This document shows, piece after piece, positions 49,207 to 62,317 of a stretch of 64,000 nucleotides of DNA. The translations under genes and the position numbers were made by a program. The stretch comes from Eukaryota sp. TZLM1-RC (taxonomy: Eukaryota; Protista; Metamonada: BaSk clade). The stretch lies in NCBI GenBank assembly GCA_040285825.1, contig JAUPSS010000004.1, positions 1,778,550 through 1,842,549 of the forward strand, given 5' to 3'. The notes beneath the pieces were generated by a model, which was given only the letters and a program-made list of their open reading frames with translations, had not been told where the DNA came from and did not search any database. Positions within the stretch are counted from its first letter, which is position 1. Each line of letters opens with the position of its first letter.

Positions 49207-50193
49207 GTTTATAAACTTGAGTTAATCTTTATTTTTTATTGTCTTTTGTGGACTTTTTCATAATTTAGTTACTGAATTATTGGTTTGATATTGATTTTGA
49301 TATTAAATTTTAAACAATTGGGATGGATCATTTATTTTTAAAACTTTCAAGAAATTTTTAGAATATATTTATAGAAATTTTTTTAATTTCTAATAATGTT
49401 CCAACATTTTTAGCAAGCGATTTCAAGTTAGCTTTAACGTACATTTTACAAATCATTCACTCTTGGTAATTCACAATTTTAACCATGGATATAAGCCCAA
49501 AGTCTATTCCAAAGACTTCAGCAGATGAGGAAGCCGAACAATATTGTAGTTATCAACAAAGTTAACTAAAGTTGCAGAAATTCACTTGATGTAAGCAATT
49601 TGACATTACCTTACGTTATTCTATTTGTTAATTAATTAATTAAAAGCGGAATTATTTTGTTTCAATATTTCAACAATACAGTAAATTTGGGAAAAAAACA
49701 TTGAGTGTATATTCATTTTCATCACATCCTAGTCTGATTTCTTCTTACAAACACACACGCTGACTCCTGAAATACCTGTAGCTCTCGTAGGTGTTCTTTA
49801 TGTGGCTACTTACTACTTCAATGAGGTTAAAAGTGCTGGGTGATTGAGTTATTGCTTTTTCAACACCATCAATATAATATAATTTGACATTAATGAAAGC
49901 ACAATGGTTTCAATAAAGCAAACTTAAAAAAAGCCAAAATTGTGTTCATAACTACAAAAGCTGATGAAATTCATTGGGGGTTGACCAATAAAAATAACTC
50001 TTCATATGGACCGAAGAATAGTCACTCGTCGGATATCTCACTTACAAGAGAGTTGATGTTTGAGACTCTTCCATAGAATTGGGTACATTTCATGGAGAAG
50101 GAAGAATGTCATAGAATAAAGACAGATCAAAGATTTGAGAATTTCCAGTACCATCTCTTCAACTTTGTGTTTCCTACACCTCTCCAACAGAAT

Positions 50194-52849
50194 ATGCAAG
50201 ATCTTCAATACATTGAGCTTCCACCATTTGTGGATGACGAAATTCTTTCCCTGCATAAGCAGGTATGCATTCTTTTAATACATCTCTTATACTAGTACCT
50301 CAAACACGAAGAGCAAATAGCCAACACAACCAACGCTCTCGAGGAAATCAAAGAACGGTTCAAAGTCCTTTCAGATCATAAAGTCAGTGTCGAACACGAA
50401 CTAGACCACACTAAACAAGTGCTTGCAGCCCGAAACCAGGAAGTCGCCACTGAAGAACATCTCATAGCCATTGCCAGCCGTGAAAAGGGCAAACTTGAAT
50501 CTGAAATCAAAACCAATCAAAAAGAGATTGATTCACTTCGTGACCGCATGAATGTTCTCCAGAACGATCTCTTCCGTGCTACTGAACGCCTAGATAAGTT
50601 TAGAGATGACCACCACTTCAACCAGCAACAACTTGATCAATGGTTTTTAGCAGCCAAACAGAAAGATGAAGATTCTGCTGTGCTGTCAAAGTACACTGCT
50701 GTTGACGCTGAAAAAGAAAAGGAATTAATCAGGAAAATTGAAAAAAATGAGAGTGAAATCCAAGCCAAAAACTCTGAATTAGACCAACTTTTAACTGTTT
50801 GTTTTGATCATTTTCTTAATTTACTCACCCTAGGACACCAAAACCATTCAAATAGAACTAGAACGAACTGCGGAAGACTTTAAAACTCTTCATAACGAAA
50901 GAAAAAATCTGGTGGAGAAGTGGGATGAAGTGGTGAATGCGATGGGGAGGAGAGACGTTCAGATTAAACTTAATGGTGAACAGTTGTTGGAATTAAGGCA
51001 TGAAAAGCGTGAAGTTGAAGGGAAAATTAAGCAAAGGGAAAAGATCCTGCAGACATTGGACAATCAAAATGATGAATATAGGTCAAAAATAGAGCTTGAA
51101 GAACGAAGAATTCTTAAACTGAGAGGTAGTATTAATGCAAAACAGGAAGATGTGGGCACTTTGAAGAACGAGCTTTTATCTCTTGAAAATACCTTAAATC
51201 ACACAAAAGGACAATTAAATAATGAGCAATTAAAAAATGAGTCATTGAAATCAGAAATTCAGAGATTTAATTCTGCTTTCATTAAAAAAGAAAAAGAATT
51301 AGCTAATTTGAATCAACAGTTAGAATCTCATTGGATGGACGCTGGAAACAAGGCGGAAAAAGGAAAGAAATTGGAAGACTACCTTAAAGACGAACAAGGA
51401 AGGTTGAGTCGAACTGAAAGAGAATTAGAAACTTTAAGAAAAGAAATATTTGAATTATTTCAGAAATTATTTAATCTAAAAAATGAGGAAGCCACTCTTT
51501 TAGCTGAAATTTCTGGCACAACTAGGGCAATTAATAATTTAGAGTCGAATATTCACAAACTAGATATAGAAACTTCAAAACAGGAAGAAATTCAATATTC
51601 AGTAGAATTTCAGATCCAAATGATGGAAAGGAAGGTGTCTAGAGCTTCAGGTCAGCGATCTGATGAAGAAAAAAGAAAGCTTTCTGCTAAAATTGAATCA
51701 CTAGAAGCCAAACTTGAGGAAGTGAAAGAAAGGGAAAAATTACTTAAAGGTGAGGTAAATAGAGTGGAGAGCCATATCAGAACAATTCTTCATAAAGTAG
51801 ATTCAATCACTTCTCAGCATGAAAAGCTAGAAGTTGAAATCAATGAATTAGAATTAAATAATTCTGCTCTAGACAAGGAATACAGTAGTTTCTCTGAAAA
51901 AAAGAACGCATTAGCCGTTGAACATGATTTGTTGGAAATGAAACTTGAATCAGCTCAGAAAAATTTAGACCAAAAAGCTGACGCTGTTTCCTCCTTGGAA
52001 AATAAGCTATCCCAATTGAGAATTTCTATTGAAGAACGAGTTTTGAAAATTAATCTTCACTTGGATAACAGAAGGTTTGAGCAACGGTGTATTGAAACCG
52101 AAAGGCAAAAGCTTGCATCTGAACTGAATGAAAAGTTGGTTAAGATTGAAAAATTGAAAAAGAAGAAGGAAGTAATTGAATCTCGTGTTGATCGAACAGA
52201 CGATTCCGGTGAGAAGCACTCTCAGGCTTATTTGATTGTCGCAAACGCTCAAAAAAGAGAAGAATTGCAACGACTTGGTGATCACCTTGATCAAGAAATC
52301 AAAAAAGCGGTTAAAGATTTACAACAATTAGAACAATTATCTTTTCAAACAGAGGACTCTAATTCGGCTTACAAAAGGAAGCTGATGGGTGAAGATGAGC
52401 TTACTGACAACCTAACACGTGATCTCCAAACACGTGCTGAGTCAGCAGTTTCTCAAGTCAATGCACTTCGCCGGGAAAAACTTGAATTGGAAGAAGAGCT
52501 GAGTTACAAGCAACAACTACTTTTGGAAATTCAATCAGAACATCAAGAATTAAGTCAAGAAGTTGCTTCCTTGAAAGATCAGCTGGATGTGGTGAAACAA
52601 AAGATTAGTACATTAAATCAACAATTAAGTAGATCAGAGAACAGTGTGTCGAGGCTTTCTAGAGAACATCGATCTCTAAGTGGTGGAGAAATGACTCAAT
52701 TCGAACGTAATCTTTTCGCTAGGCAGTTTAAAACTGTTAAAAAAGAAGTTTGTTCTGGATTGATTGATTTATTGCCTGTGTTTAATGACCCAGTTAGAGA
52801 AGAAATTGTAACTGTTTTGAATTCTATAGGGGTTGAAGTTGATCAGTGA
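50194..52849 (+). CDS. CCDC39: Coiled-coil domain-containing protein 39 (FAP59, axonemal ruler); introns 50263-50295 and 50797-50833
   Basis: TEEHLIAIASREKGKL, QLDQWFLAAKQKDED...KY, ELERTAEDFKTLHNER, QYSVEFQIQMMERKVSRASG, HSQAYLIV.NAQKREELQRLGDHLD; both short GT-AG introns restore the frame. Confidence 0.92.
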
Positions 52850-53005
52850 TTTTAATTAAAAAGAATTGTATTATATTTATTGACTTAATTTCATTTCAGA
52901 TTTTCAAAAATCTTATTTAAAAAGTAAAATTAATAAAGGTTAAATTTCTGAATTCTTGTTTTGAATCTATTATTTATACTCAATTATCAAATTATTAATT
53001 GATTT

Positions 53006-54490
53006 TTAACCAAAACTTACATTGCATCCTTTATCTTTTTGATATGGGTTTTGCTTAAATTCTTCAATGAATAATTCAACTCTACTTAAAGAATTGCTAA
53101 TTATCATTGATTCAGGACGAGAACCTTTCAACTTTCTAATTTCGGGTAAAACAAATTCTTCTACAAATAAAACTAATTTTTTAAATTGGTTCTTATAAAT
53201 ATTAATTAATTTCCAGCTAGACATTTTCAAACAAGAGGATAAGAAAAGCCCTGCATAATCATTACTTAAGGACAACCAACTTAAACCAGATAAAAGTGAC
53301 CAAAGTTTTGAATAATCAGCTGAAACTAATAAAAAAGCAACATAAAAATAGCATAAAGAATGATTAATTGCACTTCTTCCAGTAATAATTAAAGGAATAG
53401 TTAAAGGTTCATCACTATAAAATTTTGTTAGTAGGCACATTTTAAATCTATTTACCATCCCCTTAATAGAATTAAATGCTGGATTATTTATCAAATCACG
53501 AACAAACAAGGCAATATGATAAGACCTAGAGTAATCAGCATCTCTAACGTGCTTAGAGGCATACTGGAAGACAGATTTAGCAATTTCAATAGCAAATACC
53601 CTCTTAACATCCTCAATATTAAAATGGCCATCTGAAACGACAGCAAGTCCTTTTGAGACACTGTTAGCTACTGATTCTGCTTTTCTAGTACTGTTATTAG
53701 CCAAAACTTGATTTATGATGAGAGGAATTCCCTTCTTACTAAACAAATCTACTAATTGTGGATGATTTCTAATTTCGGTTAATGGGACATTGCTCATAGC
53801 TTTATTGACCTTTGCCACGTCATCACTTGCCGATTTTGAAAGATTTTCTAGTTGGGTAATGACATCAGGTGGAGGTTCAAATTGTTTGACTCCTGACGAC
53901 TTCTTCATTGAAGCTGACAAAGCTGGTGGTGAAGGTGATCTAGATGGTGACACAGAAGGTTTGTCTGGCTCTGTAATAGTTTGGGGAAAGGAAAAGGAAA
54001 AACTTGACTGAGTTGCTTCTGCTTTAGGTTTGGGTTTTTGCTGAGGTTTGGGTTTTTCTGAAGGTGACTGGAATGAAAAAGAAGGAACAGAAGTGGGGGT
54101 TACTGGTGGTTGACTAGTAGTAGAGGCCGTGGGTGGGACAGTTATAGTGGAGGTTTGAGGCATATTTGAGGTTGGAAATTGGGTTTGAGAAGTAAAATAA
54201 GAAGGGCTCGTAGCAGCACCTTCTCTGGGCACTGATGAGCTTGCACCTTGCTTAAAAATGGGGGCAGAAAAAAGAGGTGCTTCCGATGTAGAGTAAGAAG
54301 TATGAGCATTCTTGGGGGAAGAAGTCATAGCTGATTCAGTTGTCGTTGAAGGAGGAAATTCCTTCGTGGTTACCTTGAATGGTGGGAGCAAGAAGTCAGA
54401 TACATCAAGTTTAAAGGTTTTGGGCCCAGTTACCCCACCACTTCTCCGCCTTTTACCAACCGCAAGCCAGTCAGGATTGACATACTCCAT
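53006..54490 (-). CDS. GLE1: GLE1-like mRNA export factor (S/T/P-rich N-terminus with FSF motifs, GLE1 C-terminal domain)
   Basis: P.TIP...YVAF...LWSLLS...FLSS...KLINIYKNQFKKLVLFVEEFVLPEI...RVELFIE pattern typical of the GLE1 C-terminal domain. Confidence 0.7.
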   Translation of the reverse strand: MEYVNPDWLAVGKRRRSGGVTGPKTFKLDVSDFLLPPFKVTTKEFPPSTTTESAMTSSPKNAHTSYSTSEAPLFSAPIFKQGASSSVPREGAATSPSYFTSQTQFPTSNMPQTSTITVPPTASTTSQPPVTPTSVPSFSFQSPSEKPKPQQKPKPKAEATQSSFSFSFPQTITEPDKPSVSPSRSPSPPALSASMKKSSGVKQFEPPPDVITQLENLSKSASDDVAKVNKAMSNVPLTEIRNHPQLVDLFSKKGIPLIINQVLANNSTRKAESVANSVSKGLAVVSDGHFNIEDVKRVFAIEIAKSVFQYASKHVRDADYSRSYHIALFVRDLINNPAFNSIKGMVNRFKMCLLTKFYSDEPLTIPLIITGRSAINHSLCYFYVAFLLVSADYSKLWSLLSGLSWLSLSNDYAGLFLSSCLKMSSWKLINIYKNQFKKLVLFVEEFVLPEIRKLKGSRPESMIISNSLSRVELFIEEFKQNPYQKDKGCNVSFG

Positions 54491-54777
54491 TCAAGGCAGG
54501 GAGGTTTTGGTCACTGTAAATGTTGGACTTGGCAAATCGATTGGAAAGTGGGGAAATTCCCAATATAGCAGTGGTGTCCAAGTTTTGGTTCCAAACCAAA
54601 ACCACTTTTTCCGAAACCGGGCTGAACCAAAACCGACCGTACTGAAACCACGCTGAAAACAAAACCGCCGGTTCCGAAACCTGAAAACCGTCAGCTAAAA
54701 TTTTCGTCAATTTATATTTTTTTGAATTTATAAATTATAATATTATTGATAATATCATAATATCTCCTTTTCATATA

Positions 54778-54972
54778 GACAACGATCCACTTGAAGCGAG
54801 ATTTCCCCATTTAGCATTGCTTGCTCGGGTCGTGTTGAGTATTCAAGCATCTTTGGTTCCTTGTGAACAAGTGTTCTCTTCTGCAGTAAGGACGGTGTCA
54901 GAACACAAAGCGTCATTAAGTGACAAAAATGTTGAAGCTATTGTGAGTTTGAAGGTGTGGAAAAGGTTTTAG
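54778..54972 (+). pseudogene. hAT transposase C-terminal dimerisation-domain remnant
   Basis: RFPHLALLARVVLSIQASLVPCEQVFSSAVRTVSEHKASLSDKNVEAIVSLKVW*; not in the ORF track. Confidence 0.85.
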
Positions 54973-54981
54973 TAATATACT

Positions 54982-57957
54982 TGTGGTTAACTGTCCTCAT
55001 CCACAGTTTTTGTATTTATGTTGCCTAAAGTCTATTGTAGTAAAGAAAAGTCTGATTTATTTTCTATTCATATTATATAAACCTTAGGGCGCCAACACTG
55101 CTTCTTCCCTTTTTCAAAATAAATCAGCTTATATGCATATGAACTAAACTATAAACAAATAACTAAATAACTATAAATAATGTATATAAACTAAGAATTA
55201 GCTTCGCTTCCTAATTCTATTACTACGTCTAGGCTTGTTAGAAGGCGTAGACTCATTGGAGGTACCTTGACATCGATTAGTTGGTACGCTTTCCAATTTT
55301 CTTATCATCCTTACTAAATAACTTATAAGCTTCTGAATGTTTAAGCGAATGGAGAGGCTCTTTTGTTGTTTCACCGCCAAATCATTGAACAGTACAGAAA
55401 CTACCTGAGTCAGAGCTGAGTTCTGAGAGGATTTTGTCTATAACGTGTTTTTCAGCATCGCCTGCTGCGACTGCTGTGAGGAACTCAATGTCCCGTGGTT
55501 TTTTAGCGTTATAGATTTTATAATCTTTCTTGGCAGCTCTTAATTCTGTGCCAGTAGTAAGATTCTTCAATAATAAAGTGGATTTGGAAGGAAGGTCAAT
55601 AACTAAAAATGGTCCATTCCAAGATCCATGCAATTTATTATTCTGCTTGATTTTACGTCAGACATAGTCACCAATATAAAATACTGTAAAGCGTGAATTA
55701 GTATTATCTACTGAAGTCGGAGTATTAAATGCTTGATGATGCTCTGCTTCTTCCCTTTTTTCCTGCAGACGAGTATTTTTCAACTTAATGTCATCTAATA
55801 AAGGAATATTGGTATCGAATTTGGATAAATTCTCTAATATGTTAGCAGGGTCTGTTCTTGGACTAATCGAAGAACCGAACATAAGCTCGTAGAGGCTAAA
55901 ACCAGTTTTTCTGCTTTTAGTAGAATTCATTAATAGTTGGGATATAGGTACATAGGTTGACCAATTTCCGTAATCATTGAAATCTATTAATAGTTTCCTT
56001 AAGTATTGAAGAACGTCTCTATGTTTACGTTCTACATGTCCATTACTTTCTGAATAGTGGGGAATTGAGTTACTCATCTCAATCGCTAATCTGTTACACA
56101 CTATTTTGAAAGTCTCATTAGCGAACTCAGGTCCATTATCGCTATGAATTAACATAGGTATGCCAACGATGGAGCAAACAGTCCAAATCAAAGCATCTGC
56201 GGTTTCTAAGGCATTCAGTTCTTTTAGAGGGACTAAAATTGTATATCCTGTAAAAGAGTCTACAAATACTGATAAATATTTATCTCAGTCTTTGTCAGTG
56301 TTCAGAAGTCCAATTGTATCGACGTTTAATCTGGCAAAAGGACGATCTGCCCATAAAGATCCTGTGGAAGGTGTTTTTGACCTTTTAACTGGAGCCGTTC
56401 TGTGACAAGTTGGGCAACTTTTCACATGATTTATGAGGTACCTTCTCATATTAGGCCAGCAGAAATCACTTTTGGATAGTTTGTGTAAACTATCGTTTTT
56501 GCTGGGGTGGCCAGATTGGACTAAACCATGTATTAATAATAATAGTGCCTGTTTTCTGAGGCTTTTTGGGATTAAAATTTTATTTTTATTATTTTTCCAA
56601 ATTTGATTATTCCAAATTTTAGTATTATCATCTAGAATTGCATTTTCAGATGAAGAGTCATTGTTGTTTTTGGCTATTTGTTGTTCACATCTTATTTTAG
56701 AGAACCAGGAAGAAAAAATAGGTAAGTCTTGCTGTCCACTGAGGAATGAGATTGATGGGAATTATTCAAATTCCGAATCAGAATCATCGTTGAGTGGATG
56801 TATCTCATAATTCGAAAGTAAAGTATTTTTTATATTTATACTGCAAATGGAAGGAGCTTCCTCGAATTGATCCAAATCAATATTCCTCGATAGCATATTT
56901 GTTCAGTGGTTATCTTCACCTGGTTCGTGGACTATGTCAAAGTCGAATTCAGCTAGTTTCGGCAGCCATCTCTTTACAATTCTTTTTTTTCAGGGGGCCG
57001 TAGCCAGGAATGCAATGTTTTTGTGATCTGTATAGGTTAATTTTTTTATGGAATTATCGGAACCACGACAGGTAGTTTGGAAAGGTGGCGAGATGTGGAT
57101 GGATCTCCCGTTAACATTTGTCTGAAATCTCGTTGTTTCCTGAACCAGTTACCATGTTGTTTGGCGTAGTTGTTAGGAAGGCTCCTATACATGGATCCAC
57201 ATGATCGTTCCGTATGAATATTGTTTAAAGCGTCTGCGTCGAACCAGGGTGTTACTGGTTCAAGCTTGTCCGGATTACTACTGTCCTTCTGCTCCATAAA
57301 TCTTCTAATTTTTGTGAAAACACTTTCTGTTAGCTCCGTATAACTATGAATTTCTGAATCAGGGTGAGGATCAAACCAGGCAGGTAATTTAGAATGTAGA
57401 ATGTCCTCCAGTTCTGTCCTACTTCTCTGTTCGATGAAGAGGAATCTTGTTCTTCTGCCTAAGTGATCCAGATGAGTCGTCTTTCAGTCTAATCTGTCCT
57501 TGATGAGAAGGGTCATAATTTCTTTGATTCTTTTGTCCATGTCAGAGAGTCTGGGACGTCGCTCTGCGTTACGCACGAACGTCTCTCTGTTCAATTTGTC
57601 AAGAGCTTTAATGAGCTCATTCCTTTCATTAAGGGGAATTTCTTATACCCTTTGGGTATCCCCGACCATACCGAGGGTCTGAAAAACCACGTTTCTGCCT
57701 CGATTAGAAATGGAACTTCATAGAGGGGGAAGCTGCTCGAACAGACAGAAATCTGTAGGCTCGAGGTAAGTTTCCGCGTCCTCTTGTAAATGCTTTTAGA
57801 ATCCCTCAGATGAGTCGTTTTCCCCTTGTATTTTATCTAGGTGAGACTGAATTTCTTCATATTCTCCTAGTGGGGAAGACGTGTCTAAGGTGGGACTTCC
57901 ATTTGTTCCCTTTGTGACAGATTCTATATTTGGGAGGAGAGAGGGAGCATTACACGA
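54982..57957 (-). mobile_element. Ty3/gypsy family C remnant (gag piece fused by deletion to RNase H-integrase, PPT, probable 3' LTR ~54982-55097)
   Basis: TDHKN..IVKRWLP, LWADRPFAR, HSDNGPEF, SNGHVERKHRD, GPFLV, VAAGDAE; PPT AAAAAGGGAAGAAGCAG followed by TGTTGG; no 5' LTR found. Confidence 0.85.
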
Positions 57958-58900
57958 TCAATAGCAAAGTCCGGCAGACTTACCGCGTGGTCTCTTTTTC
58001 ATCACCAGAAATATTTCTGATGCCATCAATGGATAATTTTCCCAGTAAGTTCCGTAAAAATTTTGATCCATTATAGGGTCTTCCAAAGGATAAAGAATTT
58101 TTAGTTTATCTATTTTATTTTCTTTGTTGGGTGCTTTAATTCCGAAGCTTAAAGCTGACAAAGCTTTGGACCATTTGTTGTCAAAGCATTTGTCTTCAAA
58201 AATTTTACTTAATTTCTCAGATGACTGTTTTCTCGGTGTTATATTGGTTAAATTTTCGGAATTATTTACGAAATTTTGTTGAAAAGGAGGACAAAAAGAA
58301 TCAAAAGAATTCCAAAGAATATTAATATCATATTTCTCTTTACATAATTGATCCAAAAATCTTTTAAAAACGAAAGCAAATTCATTGCATTCTGACGGAT
58401 GAATTTCTTAATGTATTTTTATAAGAGGATGGTAGTTATCAACTATGCGGCATTTCAAGGATCGATCAGCCATTTTTCCTTTTGCATTTTTTCTAAAAGT
58501 GATACCACAATTGTTGCATGTTTTGTGCTTGAATCGATTGTTAACTGGTTTTGCCACAACTTTTGGAGAATCATTTATTGGTCTTACCGTAGACTCTGTT
58601 CTTCTAATAAATTTTCTTTTACATTTTGTTTCAGAATTTGTCACATCATTTTTTCCAACATTGGGGCATGTTCGAACATTTTGTCCTTGAGGTCCACATT
58701 TTGAGCATCTGTAGGAGCGTGGCTTTGTCTTTGAACAAACATTATTTTCATCCTGATTTTCTAAAATTTTTTGATCATAAATTTTTTATCCAAAATTGAA
58801 GAGAGAAGAGGTTGAGAAGGAGAGGTGGAAAGCACGTCTTGAGCATCTTGTTGTCTATCGTTCATTCTTTTGACTCCATTGGAATCAGAAACTGATTCAG
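57958..58900 (-). mobile_element. CRE family 2-like 5' fragment (Zn knuckle and pre-RT region)
   Basis: CSKCGPQGQNVRTCP, CNNC, KLKILYP, PLMASEI...PRGKSAG. Confidence 0.7.
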
Positions 58901-59049
58901 GCATCAGCAAAAAAATATAGAAGCAATGATCACAGTTCATCCAGGATTTAAGTTAAACGGTTTTAGATTGGCTTTATTCCAAGAATGCAAATAAGATTAC
59001 TATAAACCACAACAATGCAAAGCAATATTCTAAATAAGTGATCACTAAC

Positions 59050-60720
59050 AGAAAGAAGGTAGATTCTCACTATTTACGTGTTCATGAGCACTTACATTGT
59101 GAAACTCAGTAATACTTGAAAGTATTGAGTTAAAATAACGTGGTAGACCCTTAAAGAGTGAGAATTCTGTTCTTCCAAATAGGTTGATCAAAAGAACGTC
59201 CTGAGTCTTTTAAGAAACTGCCTCAATCATTCAAGTAAGATAGTCCTTCCCTGCCTAAAGTACCAAAAATAGAAATTCCAATTGGAACAAAAACGATGTT
59301 TCTGCCACGTTGTTTGTTCAAACGTACAAGTAAATCATTATACTTCGAGTGGTTGCTCCTTTCTGCATTGTTGAGGGTTGATTCAATGTCCGAAGACGAA
59401 GACAACTTCCAAGGAGAAACAGTTGTACAATCAATAATTAATTTTTGGCCATATGCCAAGCACATTGATTTTCACCTCTTTTTTGACTTTGAGCAAGCTG
59501 CATTTCATTAAAAACTGGTTCTAGTCGTACTGGATGATGGGCACTCTTCAACAAATCATAAATGCAATCGCGAACGGCATTGTGAATTATCGACCTCTTC
59601 TGAGTGAACTTCCTACAAAATAAGACATAAGTATAGAAAGTAACTGCTCCACATTTACAACGAAAATTTGTTAAACACTGAGGGGGAGGTAAGTTCAAAC
59701 GTAGTCTCATAATTGTTAAAAACTGGGAATCGGAAAGCAACAGACCAAAACGGCGAGGTACTTGGGTTATTAGGCAAGATGCACTGTTGATAAAAGAACC
59801 CTTATCGCAAAGAGAGGATAGAAATGTTGCAAATTAGCCAAGCTAATTTGTTCTTCTAGAGATTCCGCTTCGAGAGCCTTAATCAATTTCTTTTGCAGTT
59901 TAAAAACAGTTTTCAAAAAATTACTTAAATCTTTAACTTCAACAGAGGCACGATCAACTGTAGAAGCAAACATTGAAAACCAGAGTTTATCAGAGCAGTT
60001 ATCAAGGAATATTTTGACAAAGAGAGCAGCACTTAAGTTAGAATTAGTGACTAAATCAATCCAGCTATTAGGGAATCGTACAGATAATTCAAACAAGAAA
60101 TTCTTAATGCCTCCGAAGAACGCAGCATTTGTCAAGATGGATGAACGAGTCAAACCAACACCACCATGCGAATGTGACCTGAAACATTGAAGCGGAATAT
60201 CCTTAATGTTCTTAACACTGAGTAAGTCAGCCAAAAAGTTGGATCTTCGAGACAAAAACAATTTGATTTCAGGTGTGGTCAAATCCGGTGGAATAGAGCG
60301 AATCAGGTGATTTACTTTAGAACTGAAGCATAACCTATCCACATGGAATTTAATATGTTTTTTCAACGGCAAAGCCTGAATTTCATCCAACTTAGCAGAT
60401 GCACTTTCAATTTTCTTATGTAATGAGCTACTAATGGCTGATTTATTTCCAATGAAAGTACCCAGTAATTCAATACAATCACTTTGATAATCCACAAAAA
60501 GAATTTCTTCATCATTAAGCACAATCGAATGAAACGAAAGCCCAAGAACTTGACACTTGCTAGCGTTACGTTCTAGACCAATATTCAGTGCAAGTTTACC
60601 AAAATAAGTGACAGCTTCGTGGACTAGAGAAGCATTGCCATTAAGGGAGACGTCATCCATGTAAGCAACAACTTCCAAATCAGGAAACCGAGACTTCAAC
60701 TTTTCCAACAAAGGATGTGG
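59050..60720 (-). mobile_element. CRE-clade family 3 3' portion (RT motif 5 to RLE)
   Basis: VAYMDDVSL, GLERNASKC, ELLGT, HGGVGL, RLRL..CKC..HNAVRD..EP, IIDCT..AERS..KY..FVPIGISIFGTLG. Confidence 0.85.
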
Positions 60721-62317
60721 AGCAACACAGAAGAGAAAAGGAGGTTTTATGTAGAGGAAGAAAAAAAAGTTTAACCCTATTCAACACGCAGTTTTTATTC
60801 AATATTCTTTTGATTTTATGGAAAATTTCAATATTTTGATTTACTCTTAAATCACCTGTTTTCTGGTTCGGAACCGGAACCAAAGAATCAGAAACCGAAC
60901 TGTAACCAAAACCAGTGTTTTAGGAACCAGACTGAAACCGAACCTGGTTTTTGGTTTGGATACATACCTTGGACAGTACTACAAAATTGGTGGAAGCTAT
61001 TCTCTTTCGATTTCATATACTAAATGTATATACTAAATGTGTTCAATTTAAGTCCAATTCAATGTTTTTCCATTATACTAATTCCAGGTCCTACGAAATC
61101 CATTACACTTTCCCAAGGGTACTAAATGCAAATTCTCTCTGAATTGCCATTTTCCAATTTTCCGCCTCCACATCCAGAAGACCAAATTCTATCAGTCAAA
61201 TCAAGAAACGTTGTACTAGAAGACTCTTTATGGGTTCTTCAGGTAAATACTGCATAGACATTTCATGCAAAATGTTCAAATTGTCAATTCAAGATTCATT
61301 GAATTTGTATAAGAAAACCAGAGACAATATCATTGGAAGCAGAACAATTGACAAAGAACAAATTATACAAACCCAAATGTCAAAGAAGAAATTTTGAAAC
61401 CATCAAAAACATTCATGGTAATGATTATGTTTGTTGTTCTTGCAAAAGAATTTCTAAATGAAGTCATGAACTGCAATTTTTAAATAGAAATAATTCAACT
61501 GTGGAGAAAGCAATTTCCTTGATCAATTATACCATGATGATCACCCTAACTTCATTGTGTTGTCAAATGAAGTGTCGTGTCATTGAGGGAAGTACAGTCT
61601 TCCTAGAAAAAGACTTTATTATCTCAACTACTTCACCCATACAATACATAAAAACGTTAGGTTTAAGTAATGATTAGTGTGTCAAAATCAGAAATACTGA
61701 TTGGTTGGATTCAACATAAAATCAACAAAAACAGGCATTATTTATTTATTTATGGGTATTTTTCATTGATATCAGTAGTTGATGCTATATTAATTAATCA
61801 ATCTGCTTTAAAAACATTATATTGATTATATGTATAGAATTGTGTTGCTTAAACAAACCATAATGGTTACACAAAGCAATCAAAATTCTGTTGTAATTTT
61901 GAAAGAATCCCTTATTTAGCTGGAGTGTAGGGATGAAGTTTCGAAATATAATTCAAAGCTGTTCAAACATTGAGTAAAATTTCATCCAGGGGCTTCAGAA
62001 TTCACTTGCCAAATTGCAGTTCTAGTTTCTTGTATTGAATTCTTGGCTGATATTGTTTCCTTCTCGATTGTTTGAAACACCTACAAATTTAACAATAAGA
62101 ATGTTCTTTGAACAAGGCCTTTGAGTAACACATCATGATGACTATCATCAACGAAACTTATGTCAGATTGATCAGTCCGATATTAAACTAAGATTTCTGA
62201 AAAATTCAATTTAAATCCGTACACATTCATAACAGTAAATCGTCCTTGAACAAAAGGTATGGAAACAATTACAATTGGACAAAAGAGTTGGAGATCCAGC
62301 CTGACCACAGTCACAAA

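Larger units (their letters stand above)
54569..60981 (+). mobile_element. Internally deleted hAT DNA transposon containing nested retroelements
   Basis: 14-bp TIRs CAGTGGTGTCCAAG (54569-54582) and rev-comp TAGTACTGTCCAAG (60968-60981), 11/14 match; decayed 8-bp TSD CAATATAG/CAAAATTG; AAACCG/CGGTT subterminal repeat clusters at both ends. Confidence 0.85.
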
